IMG/VR virus record: IMGVR_UViG_3300017724_000077
Span: 1-25,225 of that record
Strand: one strand, 5' to 3'
DNA: 25,225 nt
DNA from: a virus
Lineage: Duplodnaviria > Caudoviricetes
The notes beneath the pieces are model-generated. The model made no database searches and had not been told where the DNA came from. It saw nothing but the letters and a program-made list of their open reading frames with translations. Positions 25,058 through 25,225 of this stretch are shown here, piece by piece. Both the position numbers and the translations under genes were made by a program. Each line of letters begins with the position of its first letter. Position 1 is the stretch's first letter.

Positions 25058-25225
25058 CCTTTTCGTACCCTTTCATAACTTCAAGTTGTATTTCGTCATG
25101 CACCCAAGCTACTTGCTTACAGTACGCTTCTAGTCCTTTACTCTTTAATGCTCTATCAAACTCTATTAACCAACGCTTACAAATCAATGCTCCTGCTGAT
25201 TGTAATAAAGTATTTAATGCAGCAA
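24945..25225 (-). CDS. DNA polymerase family A, T7 gp5-like (C-terminal fragment, truncated by the window edge)
   Basis: Frame is open to the window edge: AALNTLLQSAGALICKRW...AWVHDEIQ (motif C)...GEYKVGSNWSETH, close to the T7 gp5 C-terminus. Confidence 0.96.
   Translation of the reverse strand, partial: AALNTLLQSAGALICKRWLIEFDRALKSKGLEAYCKQVAWVHDEIQLEVMKGYEKDVGNTAIESIKKAGEFFSIRCQLDGEYKVGSNWSETH

Overview
The window is the late half of an AT-rich (roughly one-third G+C by spot counts) T7-like podovirus (Autographiviridae-type, probably marine), with every credible gene on the minus strand. In transcription order (right to left): C-terminal end of a T7 gp5-like DNA polymerase, a PD-(D/E)xK-like protein, gp6-like exonuclease, DUF3310/gp1.7-like protein, class II (B12-dependent) ribonucleotide reductase, two small genes, portal, a 49-aa ORF, scaffold, major capsid, a T-phi-like terminator, tail tubular A/B, internal virion proteins gp13-16, a two-part tail fibre (gp17-like adaptor plus RCC1-like repeat protein), five small mostly membrane proteins including a holin, small terminase, two short basic peptides, large terminase and a palindrome-rich non-coding end region. 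The strongest unexplained signal is compositional. By manual scan GATC, GGCC, GGNCC, CGCG and all S-CG-S tetramers are absent. The roughly 8,100 encoded residues contain no Gly-Pro or Trp-Pro, and motifs I recall as conserved appear altered (NrdJ SGPVSFM to SGAVSFM; TerL DVGPA to DVAPA and IWPA to IWTA). Also notable: a candidate 18-bp phage RNA polymerase promoter TAATACCC(A/C)CTCATTAAG present twice at T7-equivalent positions, and a NusG-KOW-like insert in the gp16-like protein. All motif counts are by eye and family comparisons are from memory; no searches were run.
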